Positions 1-9,433 of a stretch of DNA of 64,000 nt are shown piece by piece. The notes below the pieces were generated by a model. The model was given only the letters and a program-made list of their open reading frames with translations, had not been told where the DNA came from and searched no databases. The stretch spans positions 10,851-74,850 of the forward strand of contig JAFGCO010000011.1 of the NCBI GenBank assembly GCA_016932575.1. Reading direction: 5' to 3'. The stretch comes from a bacterium (lineage in GTDB: Bacteria; Zhuqueibacterota; QNDG01; JAFGCO01). How positions within the stretch are numbered: the stretch's first letter is position 1; each line of letters starts with the position of its first letter. Made by a program: the position numbers and the translations under genes.

Positions 1-1391
1 GGAATCATGAAAAAGAGGGCGACAAAAACAAAAAATACGGATCCGATCAGGAGCAAAAACGGTTTTTCTTCAAGCGTCTGAACAATCGCCTTGAACATAT
101 TCAGTTTTTTCTGCCTGGTGTGCGCGTAACGCTCCCTGCATAAAATAGCGGGTGTAATCGCCGTAATCAGCATAAACGCGGCAACAATCGCTCCCACATA
201 AAATGCACCCGTGACTTCATTGCCCCCCCAGAGCTGATCCATCAGTGTAATCTTATATAAGGACGCAATCGCGATGCCTACGATGAAAGAGGGCAGAACC
301 CTGAAAATCATCAATTGGGTGCGCTCGTTATAATCCACGGCCAGCTCAAGACCCAATCCGCTGTAAGGCACCACCCACATGGTAAATGCCATATAAAACA
401 GCGAGACCATAATAATCAGATAGAGTGGAGTCCAGATGTTCACCAGGGAAAAATCAGCCGTATATCTGCCGATATCTGAAATCCTGACTTCATCAATCAG
501 TCCTGAATAACGGGTGGAAGTATCATCGTTGATTGACGTTCCGATTTCGGTGGAAGAGTCGGTTCCATCCCATGGCACATCCATCACAATATCTTTAACA
601 GCCTTCTGCTCGCCGTTCAGATACAGACCCATCTGAGTGCCGTTGTAAACGGCTGCGATATGATTCCATACACCCGTTGCCAGGGTCGTGTCAATCCGCA
701 GTTCCTGGGTTTCTCCTGCGCTGTCTTTAATTGAAAAGACGATCCGATTTCGTTCAGGCACACGAATCGATACCTCGCTATTCTGTCCGCGATGATTGAA
801 CAAAGCACTGCCCGTAACAAATGAATCACTTTTTGCATACATTTCGACTGTAAATGTATTTTGAAGCCCCGAGAACGGGCTTCTGATCCCGACACCTCCG
901 TCCTCTTCTGTGAATTTAAGCGCCTTTTTGAATTTTCCTGCGTTTTCCCAGATAAAATTTTTCATGGAACCGTGATTTTGAAATGGACCGGAATCCACGG
1001 CAATATGTTTATGTTCAGCCTCCCCGTTAAAATGCCAGAGGCCGGCCGTGTTCGCATCGACTGAGAATCCTTTTTCAAGCTGTGTTGTATACCAGACCCC
1101 CATAAATGTCAGCGACATTAAAATCGCCCCGAGGAATATCCAGGGCCGCCTTCTTCCCCATCTTGATTTTGTATTGTCCGTAATATTTCCCATCAGGGGA
1201 TCGGTAACCGCATCGATGATCCGTGAAGCGGACAACGCCAATCCGATGTAAAAAGGACTGATCCCCATACCGACGCCAAATATCGGATAAGACAGTGTCA
1301 AAAATGCATTGTTGGCCAAATTTTCGGCAAAACCGCCAATCCCCCAAAATGCCTTCTGCACAATCGACAGAGATTCTTTTTCCTTCGCCAC
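1..1391 (-). CDS. MFS transporter, GPH (MelB-like) family, 5' portion; the gene runs off the window start. A LamG/concanavalin-A-like jelly-roll domain is inserted between TM3 and TM4.
   Basis: Manual translation of the reverse complement gives an uninterrupted frame to position 1. It starts at GTG (~1389-1391) with SD AAGGAGA 6 nt upstream and an in-frame TAA just upstream. TM1-3 carry the GPH signature ...DAVTDPLMGNITDNTKSRWGRRRPW. A soluble domain follows (LWHFNGEAEHKHIAVDSGPFQNHGSMKNF...TGVWNHIAAVYNGTQMGLYLNGEQ). Then come TM4/5 with PYSGLGLELAVDYNERTQL. The track lacks it because there is no stop in the window. Minus-strand ORFs 617..895 and 1075..1347 are off-frame shadows. Confidence 0.6.
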   Translation of the reverse strand, partial: MAKEKESLSIVQKAFWGIGGFAENLANNAFLTLSYPIFGVGMGISPFYIGLALSASRIIDAVTDPLMGNITDNTKSRWGRRRPWIFLGAILMSLTFMGVWYTTQLEKGFSVDANTAGLWHFNGEAEHKHIAVDSGPFQNHGSMKNFIWENAGKFKKALKFTEEDGGVGIRSPFSGLQNTFTVEMYAKSDSFVTGSALFNHRGQNSEVSIRVPERNRIVFSIKDSAGETQELRIDTTLATGVWNHIAAVYNGTQMGLYLNGEQKAVKDIVMDVPWDGTDSSTEIGTSINDDTSTRYSGLIDEVRISDIGRYTADFSLVNIWTPLYLIIMVSLFYMAFTMWVVPYSGLGLELAVDYNERTQLMIFRVLPSFIVGIAIASLYKITLMDQLWGGNEVTGAFYVGAIVAAFMLITAITPAILCRERYAHTRQKKLNMFKAIVQTLEEKPFLLLIGSVFFVFVALFFMI

Positions 1392-1653
1392 AGGTTGTCT
1401 CCTTTTGTCTTATGATCCATTATCATGTAAAGAGGTTTTTTAATGTACGTCCCAACCATATAAAAGTCAAGATAATTTAAGGAGTTAAGAAAAGAGATTC
1501 TATCAGAAAGCACGGCGCTGCCAGAGGCGCTTCCTGGATTCAGGTCAAGGTCTGATTAATTGTGATATAGCTAAAAGAATGTGAAAAGGAGCCTCGGAGA
1601 ACTGGTAACACGTAAAGAAGAGTCAGAAATTATGAATGATGAATGAAAAGAAT

Positions 1654-1812
1654 GTGGATATAAGGGTTATATGGGTAATATAGTGATATGGTGATATGGT
1701 TTTAGTGGCTTGTGTCGATGAATGAAATTGAGAAATATAAAAAAAAATAAGATTAAAAATTAAAGACCCAAGAAGGGAAATGTGGGTATAAGGGCAATAA
1801 GGGAAATAAGCG
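1654..1812. repeat. Two arrays of ~9-bp direct repeats (consensus near TATAAGGG / TATATGG), ~130 bp apart, 200-370 bp upstream of the EPS operon promoter
   Basis: Array 1: GTGGATATAAGGGTTATATGGGTAATATAGTGATATGGTGATATGG. Array 2: GTGGGTATAAGGGCAATAAGGGAAATAAGCG. An ATGAATGATGAATG direct repeat and an A-rich tract also lie in the same AT-rich intergenic region. Confidence 0.4.
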
Positions 1813-1992
1813 AACCGCAGAACCGAGTCCCCGGCAATGCAAACATCAATTGTTCTTCACTATGCAATGATTCCGTTCAAATGGTTCGAAGATTTTTTTG
1901 ATGGATTTGCATCCGTTTTTTCCTGTCTGTTATTAAATCTTTAATATTTATACGCTTATTTATTAACAGAAAAATCATAACAAATAATCTGT

Positions 1993-2008
1993 CGGTTTTA
2001 AAAAACCG
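1993..2008. promoter_or_regulatory. Palindrome CGGTTTT-a-AAAACCG, immediately upstream of the -24 element
   Basis: 15-nt inverted repeat whose right edge lies ~10 nt upstream of the -24 TGGCAT element. It could be an operator, or an IHF/activator site. Confidence 0.3.
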
Positions 2009-2018
2009 GCGATCCCAT

Positions 2019-2034
2019 TGGCATGGTAGTTGCA
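2019..2034 (+). promoter_or_regulatory. Sigma-54 (RpoN) -24/-12 promoter, TGGCAT-N5-TTGCA
   Basis: Perfect match to the consensus TGGCAY-N5-TTGCW (cccatTGGCATggtagTTGCAaatt). It sits ~55 nt upstream of the first start candidate of the 1706-aa ORF. Confidence 0.6.
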
Positions 2035-2088
2035 AATTAATTATAGTTAATTCAATAATTTGTATCGGTTTGATAGAAGAGAACACTA

Positions 2089-5000
2089 TTGAAAGGCATA
2101 TTGAGGAAATGCACAGTGAAGCTCCCCCCTGAAAGCATCGGGGAAACTTCATCTGTAAGGAATCAGTTTATTCTATTGTCTCGAAAGCACCCGCTGAGCA
2201 GATTCAAGCGGGCTTTTATTGTTATTATTCCCGTTTTGTTCCTTTTTTCTGATTGCGGCAATAAACAATCATTTCACGACAGAACCATTTGCATTGATCA
2301 AAAGCGCTTCTTCTCAGTTAGATTCGATCCGTCGTATTACTATGATGTGGATTTAAAGGTTCCTGCGCTTTGTGAAGAACTCGTTTCGAACTGGAAAGAG
2401 AGCGGGATCAATACGGTTTATGTGAAGGTCTATGATCCGCTGTACGGCGCGGTATACAAGACCCGATACATACATAATATCCAGACGGATTACGGCAGAC
2501 TGAATCTGCTCAAGTCCCTGATCAAGACCGGCCATAATCATGGGATTCAAATATTTGCGTGGATTCCGGCCTTTCAGCATAAACAGGTATGGGAGGCACA
2601 TCCGGAGTGGCGCAGCAAACAGGCGGATGAAACCGACTACCAGCCGGATGAAAACAGCTGTCATCTCTGCGTCAGGAATCCGGAATACGGAAAATGGTGG
2701 ATCGGATTTGTGGAAGATCTGCTGAAGCGGTACAGGGATCTGGATGGTGTGGATATCGCCGAACCCGTTGTCAGCTGGAAACCGGATAAGGTCTGCTATT
2801 GCCGCCATTGCCGGGAGGCTCAGAACCGAATGAGTGACAGCTATGGAACGACAAAGAAGGATGCTTTTGAACTGACCCGTTCAGCGGCACTCACATCACT
2901 CATTGAAGAGACATGCCGGCTGGTTCATTCACACGGCAAGCCGGTTTCTGTGACATCTCTCACAACTGCCTATAGCGAGGGCTCCCTTTATTCCGCCCGG
3001 GAACAACAGTCCGCTACGGGATTCGATCTGGAGGCGGTTCTTGAGCTTGAGCATAAACCCGATATCATCAATATGGAAATCCTCTGGCAGGAATGGGCCA
3101 ATTTCTGGAATGACACCACCCTGTTTCAACCGGAATGGACCAAGCAGGCTGTACGGGAAGTGATAAAACAAGTGGATAATCGCAGCAAACTGGTGATTCA
3201 CGTCGAAATGACACCTCTGGGGGATATTCAGGTTCCGGATAAAATGTTCGTCAGATCGATATACGCGGCCCTTGACGGAGGGGCTCAAGGCATTGATTTC
3301 TACGATTCGCATCAGGCGGACAACCGCGGACTTTGGCCGCGGATTAAACAGGCCCTCGGTTATACCCCGTTGAAAAAGATTCTGGTCTATCATGATCCTG
3401 ATTATTTGCAGGATGCCAGACAGCTGGAAGTGCTGCTCCGGCATTTTCGAACAGATACGGAATTGAGGCCCCTGGAAAACAGTTTTTCTCCATCCGATTT
3501 GTCGGGTACGGATTGCATTTTTTATGTGGGTAACGAATACCGTGCATCTCTGCCTGAACGGTTTATACAGGCTGCTGCCGGATTTGACGGAACCGTTTGC
3601 TGGATCAATGAAAATATTCACGCATTGAAAGATGCCGGACTGTCCGGGCTGGGTTTTCATTATCAGGGCTATGATGATACGACCCGGTATGAGATTGTTT
3701 ATCAGGGAACGTCTTTTAATAAAGATAATAATTCGCTTCATCTGATTGATGTGGATCGCCCGGATCGCTGCCATATCATGGCTTCCGCCAGATCCGGTGA
3801 AAAGGAAGTGCCATACATCGTTCGAAGCGGACTCTTTTGGTATGTGGCCGATCTGCCTTCAAACTATATGACAGAGGGCGGAAGGCATATTGTTTTTGCG
3901 GATCTGCTTCATGATATTCTGCGGGAAGACCATATCGAAAAGCATTTGGCGCTGGTCCGGATTGAAGATGTCAATCCCACGTCTCATCCGGAATATCTCA
4001 GATCTATTGCCGATTACTTACACTCTCAGGACGTTCCTTTTTCGGTGGGCCTGACTCCATTCTATCTCGATCCTTCTGAAAACACAGCCATTTCCATTTC
4101 TGATCGTCCTGATTTGACCGATGCGCTGCATTATATGGTCTCGCGGGGAGGTACTGTCATTCTGCATGGATGTACCCACCAGTATCGTGGGCAATCGACT
4201 ATTGATCATGAATTCTGGGACGGAATGAACAATCGGCCCCTTTTTGAAGATTCTGAAGTTTATGTGGAGGAACGGTTAGAGAAAGCGATCAACGAGTGTT
4301 TTAAAAATGATATCTATCCTCTGGTCTGGGAGACACCTCACTATGCCGCTTCTCAGATTGACTATCGGGCAATTAACCGGTTCTTCAGCACCTGTTATGA
4401 AAGAAGACAAACCGTGGATGTTCTGGGATCTGATCAATTGTTGCCCTTTTACATTCCCGCGCGGGCGGGTAAAGCAACGATGATTCCTGAAAACCTGGGA
4501 TATGTTCCTATAGACGATCCCTCTCCTGAAACCATTGTGCTCAACGCACAAAAAAACCTGAGGATCCGGGATGGATTCGCCAGCTTCTTTTTTCATCCTT
4601 TCGTTCCGCTGGAGTCTCTGAAACAAATCATACCCGGTATCCAGGATTTGGGATATACGTTTGCCAGTATCCGATCGATCGACAATCAGGTGAAGGCCGC
4701 TTCCCAAACCGTCATCAGCGGTCAGAACGATCTGAAAATTGATGTCAATGACCAGTATTTCCGGGAATTCTATTTGACTCAAAAAGGCAAAAAGAAACAT
4801 CAGCGAATCAGTGAAAAAAAACTGTCCGAACCCATGGAAAAATCGGTGGTTTGTCCCCAGGACTGGCTTTATGTGGCCAGCGCGCTGGATGTCAGGGATA
4901 AAAAATTTCCGGCAACCCTGCTGGCATCGTTTGACAAGGCACCCTTCGGTCTGGGACATTTCCTTCAGCCGCAGCCTCTGAAGGCGGCCAGTACTACCAT

Positions 5001-7209
5001 TGCCCCTCTTTTCATTGTCGATTCATCTGCCACAGGAAAACCGGCCAGTAGCCAATCCAGTTTAATCAATGCCTTCGAGGCTGCAGGCATCGATTATCAA
5101 ACCGTTCCGGTCCGCGAATTTCTGGACATTCCGAATCATGTCGATATGATCATTGTCCCGTTTGCTGCCGGCCGGAATCTTTCAGAACAACAGATTCTGT
5201 TTATTTTAAGGGCCCTTTCACGCGGCTTGAGAATCATTATGGAAAAAGAGACGCCTTTAAGTGAACGGATCGGGATTATGGGCATCGGCGATTCGCTCAC
5301 TGTGAGTATGGTCCGGGATGAATACTATCCGCAAGTGGATATTCAATGGAAAGAAGCGGATACGTATCGCCGTTTTGATGTGCCCATCGATTATGTCACC
5401 TATTATTCAGAAAAAAACACCGGCAATCCTCTGGTGATAGGCGGTGAATTCGGTGAGGGCATGTATCTTTACTTTGCCACGCTGTTTGATCCCACCACAT
5501 CAAAAGGGTATGGCCGATATCCGTATTACTGTGATCTTCTGCAGCGGCAATTTGACTCATGGCCTCTCGTAAAAAGAGAGTCTGCGGAGATATATTTTGA
5601 GCCGGGTGACCGGGAGGATGTAAGCATAGAAGAGCTGGTTAATCTGTGGAAAAAGAGTGGTTTCAGAACCATCTATGTTGCCGGCTGGCACAGGTATCCG
5701 GACTGGACCTATGATTATAACCAACTCATTGAGTTGGCGCATCAATACGCCATGGAGGTTTATCTCTGGTTTGAACTGCCCCATGTGAACGTCGCTTTTT
5801 GGAACGAACATCCCGAATGGCGGGAGAAAACAGCCACAGGTGAGGACGCGATCATTGAATGGCGGCATTTTATGGCGCTTAACAATCCAGCCTGTCTGAA
5901 TGCGGTCTGCTCGGAATTGTCCTATTTAATTCAAAAATATGACTGGGACGGGATAAATTTCGCCGAGCTCTACTTCAGTTCTCCCCTCGGGCCTGATCGT
6001 CCCGATCTTTTTACGCCCATGAACGCATCGATAAGAAATAGATTTTCCCTGTTATATGGATTTGATCCTGTACAGCTTTTTGATCCTGCTTCATCCTTCT
6101 ATTGGCGAAAAAACAGGGCAAAATGGGAACAGTTCCAGCGATTTCGGCAGGACTTGGTCATTGAACTCCATGATGTTATACTTTCCTTTTTACATCGGGA
6201 AATAGCCAAAAAGCAGAGCGATATGGAAATTGTGGTGACCGCTCTGGACAATATCCATGCCAGACAAACGGGGCTGGGGACAGCAATGGATACCCGGCGT
6301 TTGATTGAACTGGGCGAAAGGCTGCCCTTTACCCTTCAAATTGAAGATCCCTTCGAGTTATGGCATTTGGGACCTTCCCGATATGACCGCCTTTCCCGAA
6401 CATACAGAACATGGCTGCAGGAACCGGAGAAACTTATTTTTGATATCAATGTGGTTCCCTATCGTTCGTTTAAACTGACCATGGCCCCGACAAGACAGCC
6501 GACGGGTCTTGAATTATATCATTTTCTGAAAAGTGCCTCTCAGGATCAAAACCGTGTCGCACTTTACTCCGAGTCAAGTATTTATATGGTTGACCTGCCC
6601 TGGATCTCTTATGCTCTCGGACAATATACCGAAGAGACGTTGTCGCCGTATCGCTGGGAAATTCATACAGAAAACACAGTCACTGTGGACATGGATCCGG
6701 ATAGTCATAAAGACCTGATGGTGAACGGATCATTTTGGCCGGCGTACTTTAATGGTCGCTTGATGCTTCCCCCGGGAGATCATGAGATCGAGTCCGTTTC
6801 AGGGATCAAGGGATTTGCCAAATCCTTAAATACAACAACCCGCCTTGTGGATATCAGCGGAGAGCTAAAATCCTGCCGTCTGAATCATCAGGGGATCGAC
6901 GTGACTTATGAATCTCCGGTCCGAAATTATATCATTGTCAATGAAAAACCAAAGAAAATTATGGTGGACAATACATATTATGAGAGCTGGGTGCGAAAGG
7001 GGAAAAAAGGGTATTCTCTCACCGTTCCATCCGGAATGCATACAATAAAAATTATCACACAGAGTTCGGGCAGCCGATCTTTGAGAAACTTCAGCATTGT
7101 TTCTTCAGTCACCCTTGTTCTGATAAGCGGACTGGCAGGTTTCATTTTACTTGGGCTCTATATCACCGGCGCCTTGAGAAGACACCGTCGCAACAAGCAT
7201 TCATCCTAA
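2089..7209 (+). CDS. Large (1706 aa) membrane-anchored polysaccharide-modifying protein. Domains in order: N-terminal TM/lipoprotein-like signal, glycoside-hydrolase-like TIM barrel (GHL10/DUF187-like), DUF2334 deacetylase-like domain, unknown domain, second GHL-like barrel, beta-sandwich, C-terminal TM.
   Basis: There is no in-frame ATG near the N-terminus. The start is TTG at 2089 (weak SD) or GTG at 2116 (GAGGA 8 nt upstream). Hydrophobic segment KRAFIVIIPVLFLFSDCG. GHL-like motifs GINTVYVKVYD, GHNHGIQIFAWIPAF, WEAHPEW, CYCRHC. DUF2334-like segment DVPFSVGLTPFYLDPSEN...TVILHGCTHQY. Second barrel GFRTIYVAGWHRYPDW...HPEWREK. C-terminal TM VTLVLISGLAGFILLGLYITGALRRHRRNK. Domain assignments are from memory of the families, not a search. 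Confidence 0.6.
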   Translation: MKGILRKCTVKLPPESIGETSSVRNQFILLSRKHPLSRFKRAFIVIIPVLFLFSDCGNKQSFHDRTICIDQKRFFSVRFDPSYYYDVDLKVPALCEELVSNWKESGINTVYVKVYDPLYGAVYKTRYIHNIQTDYGRLNLLKSLIKTGHNHGIQIFAWIPAFQHKQVWEAHPEWRSKQADETDYQPDENSCHLCVRNPEYGKWWIGFVEDLLKRYRDLDGVDIAEPVVSWKPDKVCYCRHCREAQNRMSDSYGTTKKDAFELTRSAALTSLIEETCRLVHSHGKPVSVTSLTTAYSEGSLYSAREQQSATGFDLEAVLELEHKPDIINMEILWQEWANFWNDTTLFQPEWTKQAVREVIKQVDNRSKLVIHVEMTPLGDIQVPDKMFVRSIYAALDGGAQGIDFYDSHQADNRGLWPRIKQALGYTPLKKILVYHDPDYLQDARQLEVLLRHFRTDTELRPLENSFSPSDLSGTDCIFYVGNEYRASLPERFIQAAAGFDGTVCWINENIHALKDAGLSGLGFHYQGYDDTTRYEIVYQGTSFNKDNNSLHLIDVDRPDRCHIMASARSGEKEVPYIVRSGLFWYVADLPSNYMTEGGRHIVFADLLHDILREDHIEKHLALVRIEDVNPTSHPEYLRSIADYLHSQDVPFSVGLTPFYLDPSENTAISISDRPDLTDALHYMVSRGGTVILHGCTHQYRGQSTIDHEFWDGMNNRPLFEDSEVYVEERLEKAINECFKNDIYPLVWETPHYAASQIDYRAINRFFSTCYERRQTVDVLGSDQLLPFYIPARAGKATMIPENLGYVPIDDPSPETIVLNAQKNLRIRDGFASFFFHPFVPLESLKQIIPGIQDLGYTFASIRSIDNQVKAASQTVISGQNDLKIDVNDQYFREFYLTQKGKKKHQRISEKKLSEPMEKSVVCPQDWLYVASALDVRDKKFPATLLASFDKAPFGLGHFLQPQPLKAASTTIAPLFIVDSSATGKPASSQSSLINAFEAAGIDYQTVPVREFLDIPNHVDMIIVPFAAGRNLSEQQILFILRALSRGLRIIMEKETPLSERIGIMGIGDSLTVSMVRDEYYPQVDIQWKEADTYRRFDVPIDYVTYYSEKNTGNPLVIGGEFGEGMYLYFATLFDPTTSKGYGRYPYYCDLLQRQFDSWPLVKRESAEIYFEPGDREDVSIEELVNLWKKSGFRTIYVAGWHRYPDWTYDYNQLIELAHQYAMEVYLWFELPHVNVAFWNEHPEWREKTATGEDAIIEWRHFMALNNPACLNAVCSELSYLIQKYDWDGINFAELYFSSPLGPDRPDLFTPMNASIRNRFSLLYGFDPVQLFDPASSFYWRKNRAKWEQFQRFRQDLVIELHDVILSFLHREIAKKQSDMEIVVTALDNIHARQTGLGTAMDTRRLIELGERLPFTLQIEDPFELWHLGPSRYDRLSRTYRTWLQEPEKLIFDINVVPYRSFKLTMAPTRQPTGLELYHFLKSASQDQNRVALYSESSIYMVDLPWISYALGQYTEETLSPYRWEIHTENTVTVDMDPDSHKDLMVNGSFWPAYFNGRLMLPPGDHEIESVSGIKGFAKSLNTTTRLVDISGELKSCRLNHQGIDVTYESPVRNYIIVNEKPKKIMVDNTYYESWVRKGKKGYSLTVPSGMHTIKIITQSSGSRSLRNFSIVSSVTLVLISGLAGFILLGLYITGALRRHRRNKHSS

Positions 7210-7228
7210 TTCTTAAGGAATCGCTCCC

Positions 7229-8512
7229 ATGCCTTTCGAATCCATTGTGATCAACATTTTATTCCTGTTTTCTGTCTCTGTCATCTGGGTGATGATTCTC
7301 TATCAGCTCGTCCTGACCTTTTACGGGCACAGACACCGCCGGGCCATGGAAAAACGACTGGCAGAAGCCGACTGGCCGGATGCGTCATTGCCTCCGGTAT
7401 CCATATTGGTTCCTGCGAGGAACGAAGAAGTTGTGATTGCCCGGACTCTGGATAAAATACTGGCACTGGATTATCCGGCTGAAAAAATGGAAGTGATTGT
7501 GATCAACGACGGTTCAACCGACAAGACCCAGGCCATCCTTGAACAGTACAAGAAAAAAGACAGCCGGGTAAAGCCCCTTCAGTTACCACCGGCAGAGACC
7601 GGCAGAGGGAAAGCCCGTGCCCTGAATGCGGGCTTCCGGATAACCCGGTATGATTATATCGCCGTTTATGATGCAGACAACAATCCGGAAGCTTCCTCTT
7701 TAAAAACACTGGTTCGGGAACTGATGGAAGACACCGCGGTGGGTGCAGTGATCGGTAAATTCAGAACCCTGAATTGGAAGAGGAATATTTTAACACGATT
7801 CATTAATATCGAGACCTTGAGTTTTCAGTGGATTCTTCAGGCAGGCCGGTACAGGGCATTCCAGGTTTCAATATTGCCGGGCACCAATTTTGTGATTCGC
7901 AAAGCAGTTGTTACCGCCTGTGGAGGATGGGATGAAGCAGCGATAACGGAAGATGCGGAACTGAGCGTACGCATTTATCAGATGGGCTGGAAAATTAAAT
8001 TCGTGCCCCATGCGGTCACATGGGAACAGGAACCGGAGAAGTGGGAAGTGTGGATCCGGCAACGGACACGCTGGGTCAGAGGGAATAATTACGTCATACA
8101 AAAATTTATTAAACCGGCATTGGGCCTGAAGAATCGGTTTCTCTTTACGGAATTTCTGTATCTCTTTATTCTCTACTATTTACTGCTGGGCGCCATTGTG
8201 ACCTCCCATCTTCTCTTTATTCTCTGCGGACTCGGAATCCTCAATGTCGATGTGCCCGGGCCCTATATGGCCGTGTGGATACTGGCCTTTATTTTGTATC
8301 TCATGGAAGTGGTGCTTGCTTTGTCTTACGAAGACGAGGATAAACCGCTGAATATCCTCATTACTGCGGTCATGTACTTCACCTATTGTCAGATGTGGAT
8401 CTATGTGGTATTTCGGGGATTTTATCTGGACCTTTTTAAAAAACGGGTCGGAATCTGGGATAAAACAGAACGTCATAATCAGGATGATCTCCTGACTCAG
8501 GATGGAGATTAG
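7229..8512 (+). CDS. Family-2 glycosyltransferase, processive synthase type (PgaC/IcaA/NodC-like), integral membrane
   Basis: SD TAAGGAA 8 nt upstream. N-terminal TM. GT2 core VSILVPARNEEVVIARTLDKILALDYP...VIVINDGSTD. DxD motif YDADN. QxxRW motif QRTRWVRG. C-terminal TM helices. It starts 19 nt after the upstream stop. Confidence 0.8.
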   Translation: MPFESIVINILFLFSVSVIWVMILYQLVLTFYGHRHRRAMEKRLAEADWPDASLPPVSILVPARNEEVVIARTLDKILALDYPAEKMEVIVINDGSTDKTQAILEQYKKKDSRVKPLQLPPAETGRGKARALNAGFRITRYDYIAVYDADNNPEASSLKTLVRELMEDTAVGAVIGKFRTLNWKRNILTRFINIETLSFQWILQAGRYRAFQVSILPGTNFVIRKAVVTACGGWDEAAITEDAELSVRIYQMGWKIKFVPHAVTWEQEPEKWEVWIRQRTRWVRGNNYVIQKFIKPALGLKNRFLFTEFLYLFILYYLLLGAIVTSHLLFILCGLGILNVDVPGPYMAVWILAFILYLMEVVLALSYEDEDKPLNILITAVMYFTYCQMWIYVVFRGFYLDLFKKRVGIWDKTERHNQDDLLTQDGD

Positions 8513-8514
8513 CC

Positions 8515-9387
8515 TTGCATGGTAAATTCTGGCATATTGCGGCAGGAATGTTTCTGGCTGTGAGCAGCTTAATGGGCAGTGAGCCGGATTCATCGGGGAT
8601 TGAATCAAATCCCGATGAAGGAGGATCCGCTGAAATTCATTGGAGCATTTGGGGAGAATTTTATGATGAGTCCATGATTTTTGAGAGTGAAGAAGACAAT
8701 GTGTTCTCCAATTCGCATATCAGGCAGGGGCTGAAAATCAGACATTTGCCGGTCATCAATCTGTTCCAGACGTATATCCTGCTGCGGTACGGACGGGATC
8801 TTCACAGGGATTTTTGGAACAATAAAACCGAGGTCGGCCTGGGGCTCAGGACCCGGTTCTTTAAAAAAATCTTTTTCGCGCCATATGCTGAATATATCTG
8901 CGGATTCTACAACAAGATCCCGGAGGGTCGTCCGCAACCCCAAGCCCGACAGTATACTGATTTAAGAGGAGGATTCATATTCTGGTATGGATGGGACACA
9001 TGGTATTCCCCTGCCTCGCTGATCACGTTTCCCAGACATTTTATCGGTGAGGTATACAGCGAATTGAACTATTTCAGAAAGGACCGTGACAATATCATAT
9101 CGTATACCCACATGAAGGCAGGCATTCGCGCAGTCCGCATTTGGAAATGCGCTTTTGTCGGTTACGGAGCCATGTATATCATGAAGGACAGAAATCGGGA
9201 TTTTTGGAACAATGTCGCTGAAATAGGGCCCGGTTTCTGGATAAAGCCCCACCCTGACGTGGATTTAAAATTTTTTGTGGAATGGCTTCGGGGCTATTAT
9301 TATGGGATTGAGGGCAGGGATGATAATCCCAATCCTCAAATATTCAGTGATCGAAGAATCGGCATTCTGTTATGGATTGGATGGTAA
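8515..9387 (+). CDS. Putative outer-membrane beta-barrel protein (EPS export porin candidate), internally duplicated
   Basis: TTG start 2 nt after the GT2 stop. Signal-like N-terminus MHGKFWHIAAGMFLAVSSLMG. Aromatic-rich alternating pattern. Two copies of the RDFWNN motif ~120 aa apart. C-terminus ...LLWIGW ends in an aromatic residue. Confidence 0.45.
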   Translation: MHGKFWHIAAGMFLAVSSLMGSEPDSSGIESNPDEGGSAEIHWSIWGEFYDESMIFESEEDNVFSNSHIRQGLKIRHLPVINLFQTYILLRYGRDLHRDFWNNKTEVGLGLRTRFFKKIFFAPYAEYICGFYNKIPEGRPQPQARQYTDLRGGFIFWYGWDTWYSPASLITFPRHFIGEVYSELNYFRKDRDNIISYTHMKAGIRAVRIWKCAFVGYGAMYIMKDRNRDFWNNVAEIGPGFWIKPHPDVDLKFFVEWLRGYYYGIEGRDDNPNPQIFSDRRIGILLWIGW

Positions 9388-9433
9388 TATTTTTAACCGA
9401 TCAATCGACTTATTTTGGTAGGAGCAATTTATT

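Noticed and set aside
617-1347. Track ORFs 617..895 and 1075..1347 on the minus strand
   Set aside because: They are alternative frames of the real MFS gene. The true frame is continuous from GTG ~1391 to the window edge.
1560-1860. AT-rich region with repeated words, considered as a CRISPR array or mobile-element end
   Set aside because: The repeats are short (9 bp), irregular and unspaced by unique spacers. No cas, transposase or integrase is nearby. I interpret them as regulatory repeats.
2089-2116. Exact start of the 1706-aa gene
   Set aside because: No ATG is available. TTG 2089 and GTG 2116 are both plausible, so this is left unresolved rather than asserted.
2929-3774. 281-aa minus-strand ORF inside the 1706-aa gene. 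Similar long antisense ORFs occur at 4276..4959, 11216..11878, 24050..24529, 54425..54967, 61789..62553 and 63096..63803.
   Set aside because: Each lies wholly within a well-supported gene on the other strand, has no start context, and has a low-complexity composition. These are shadow ORFs.
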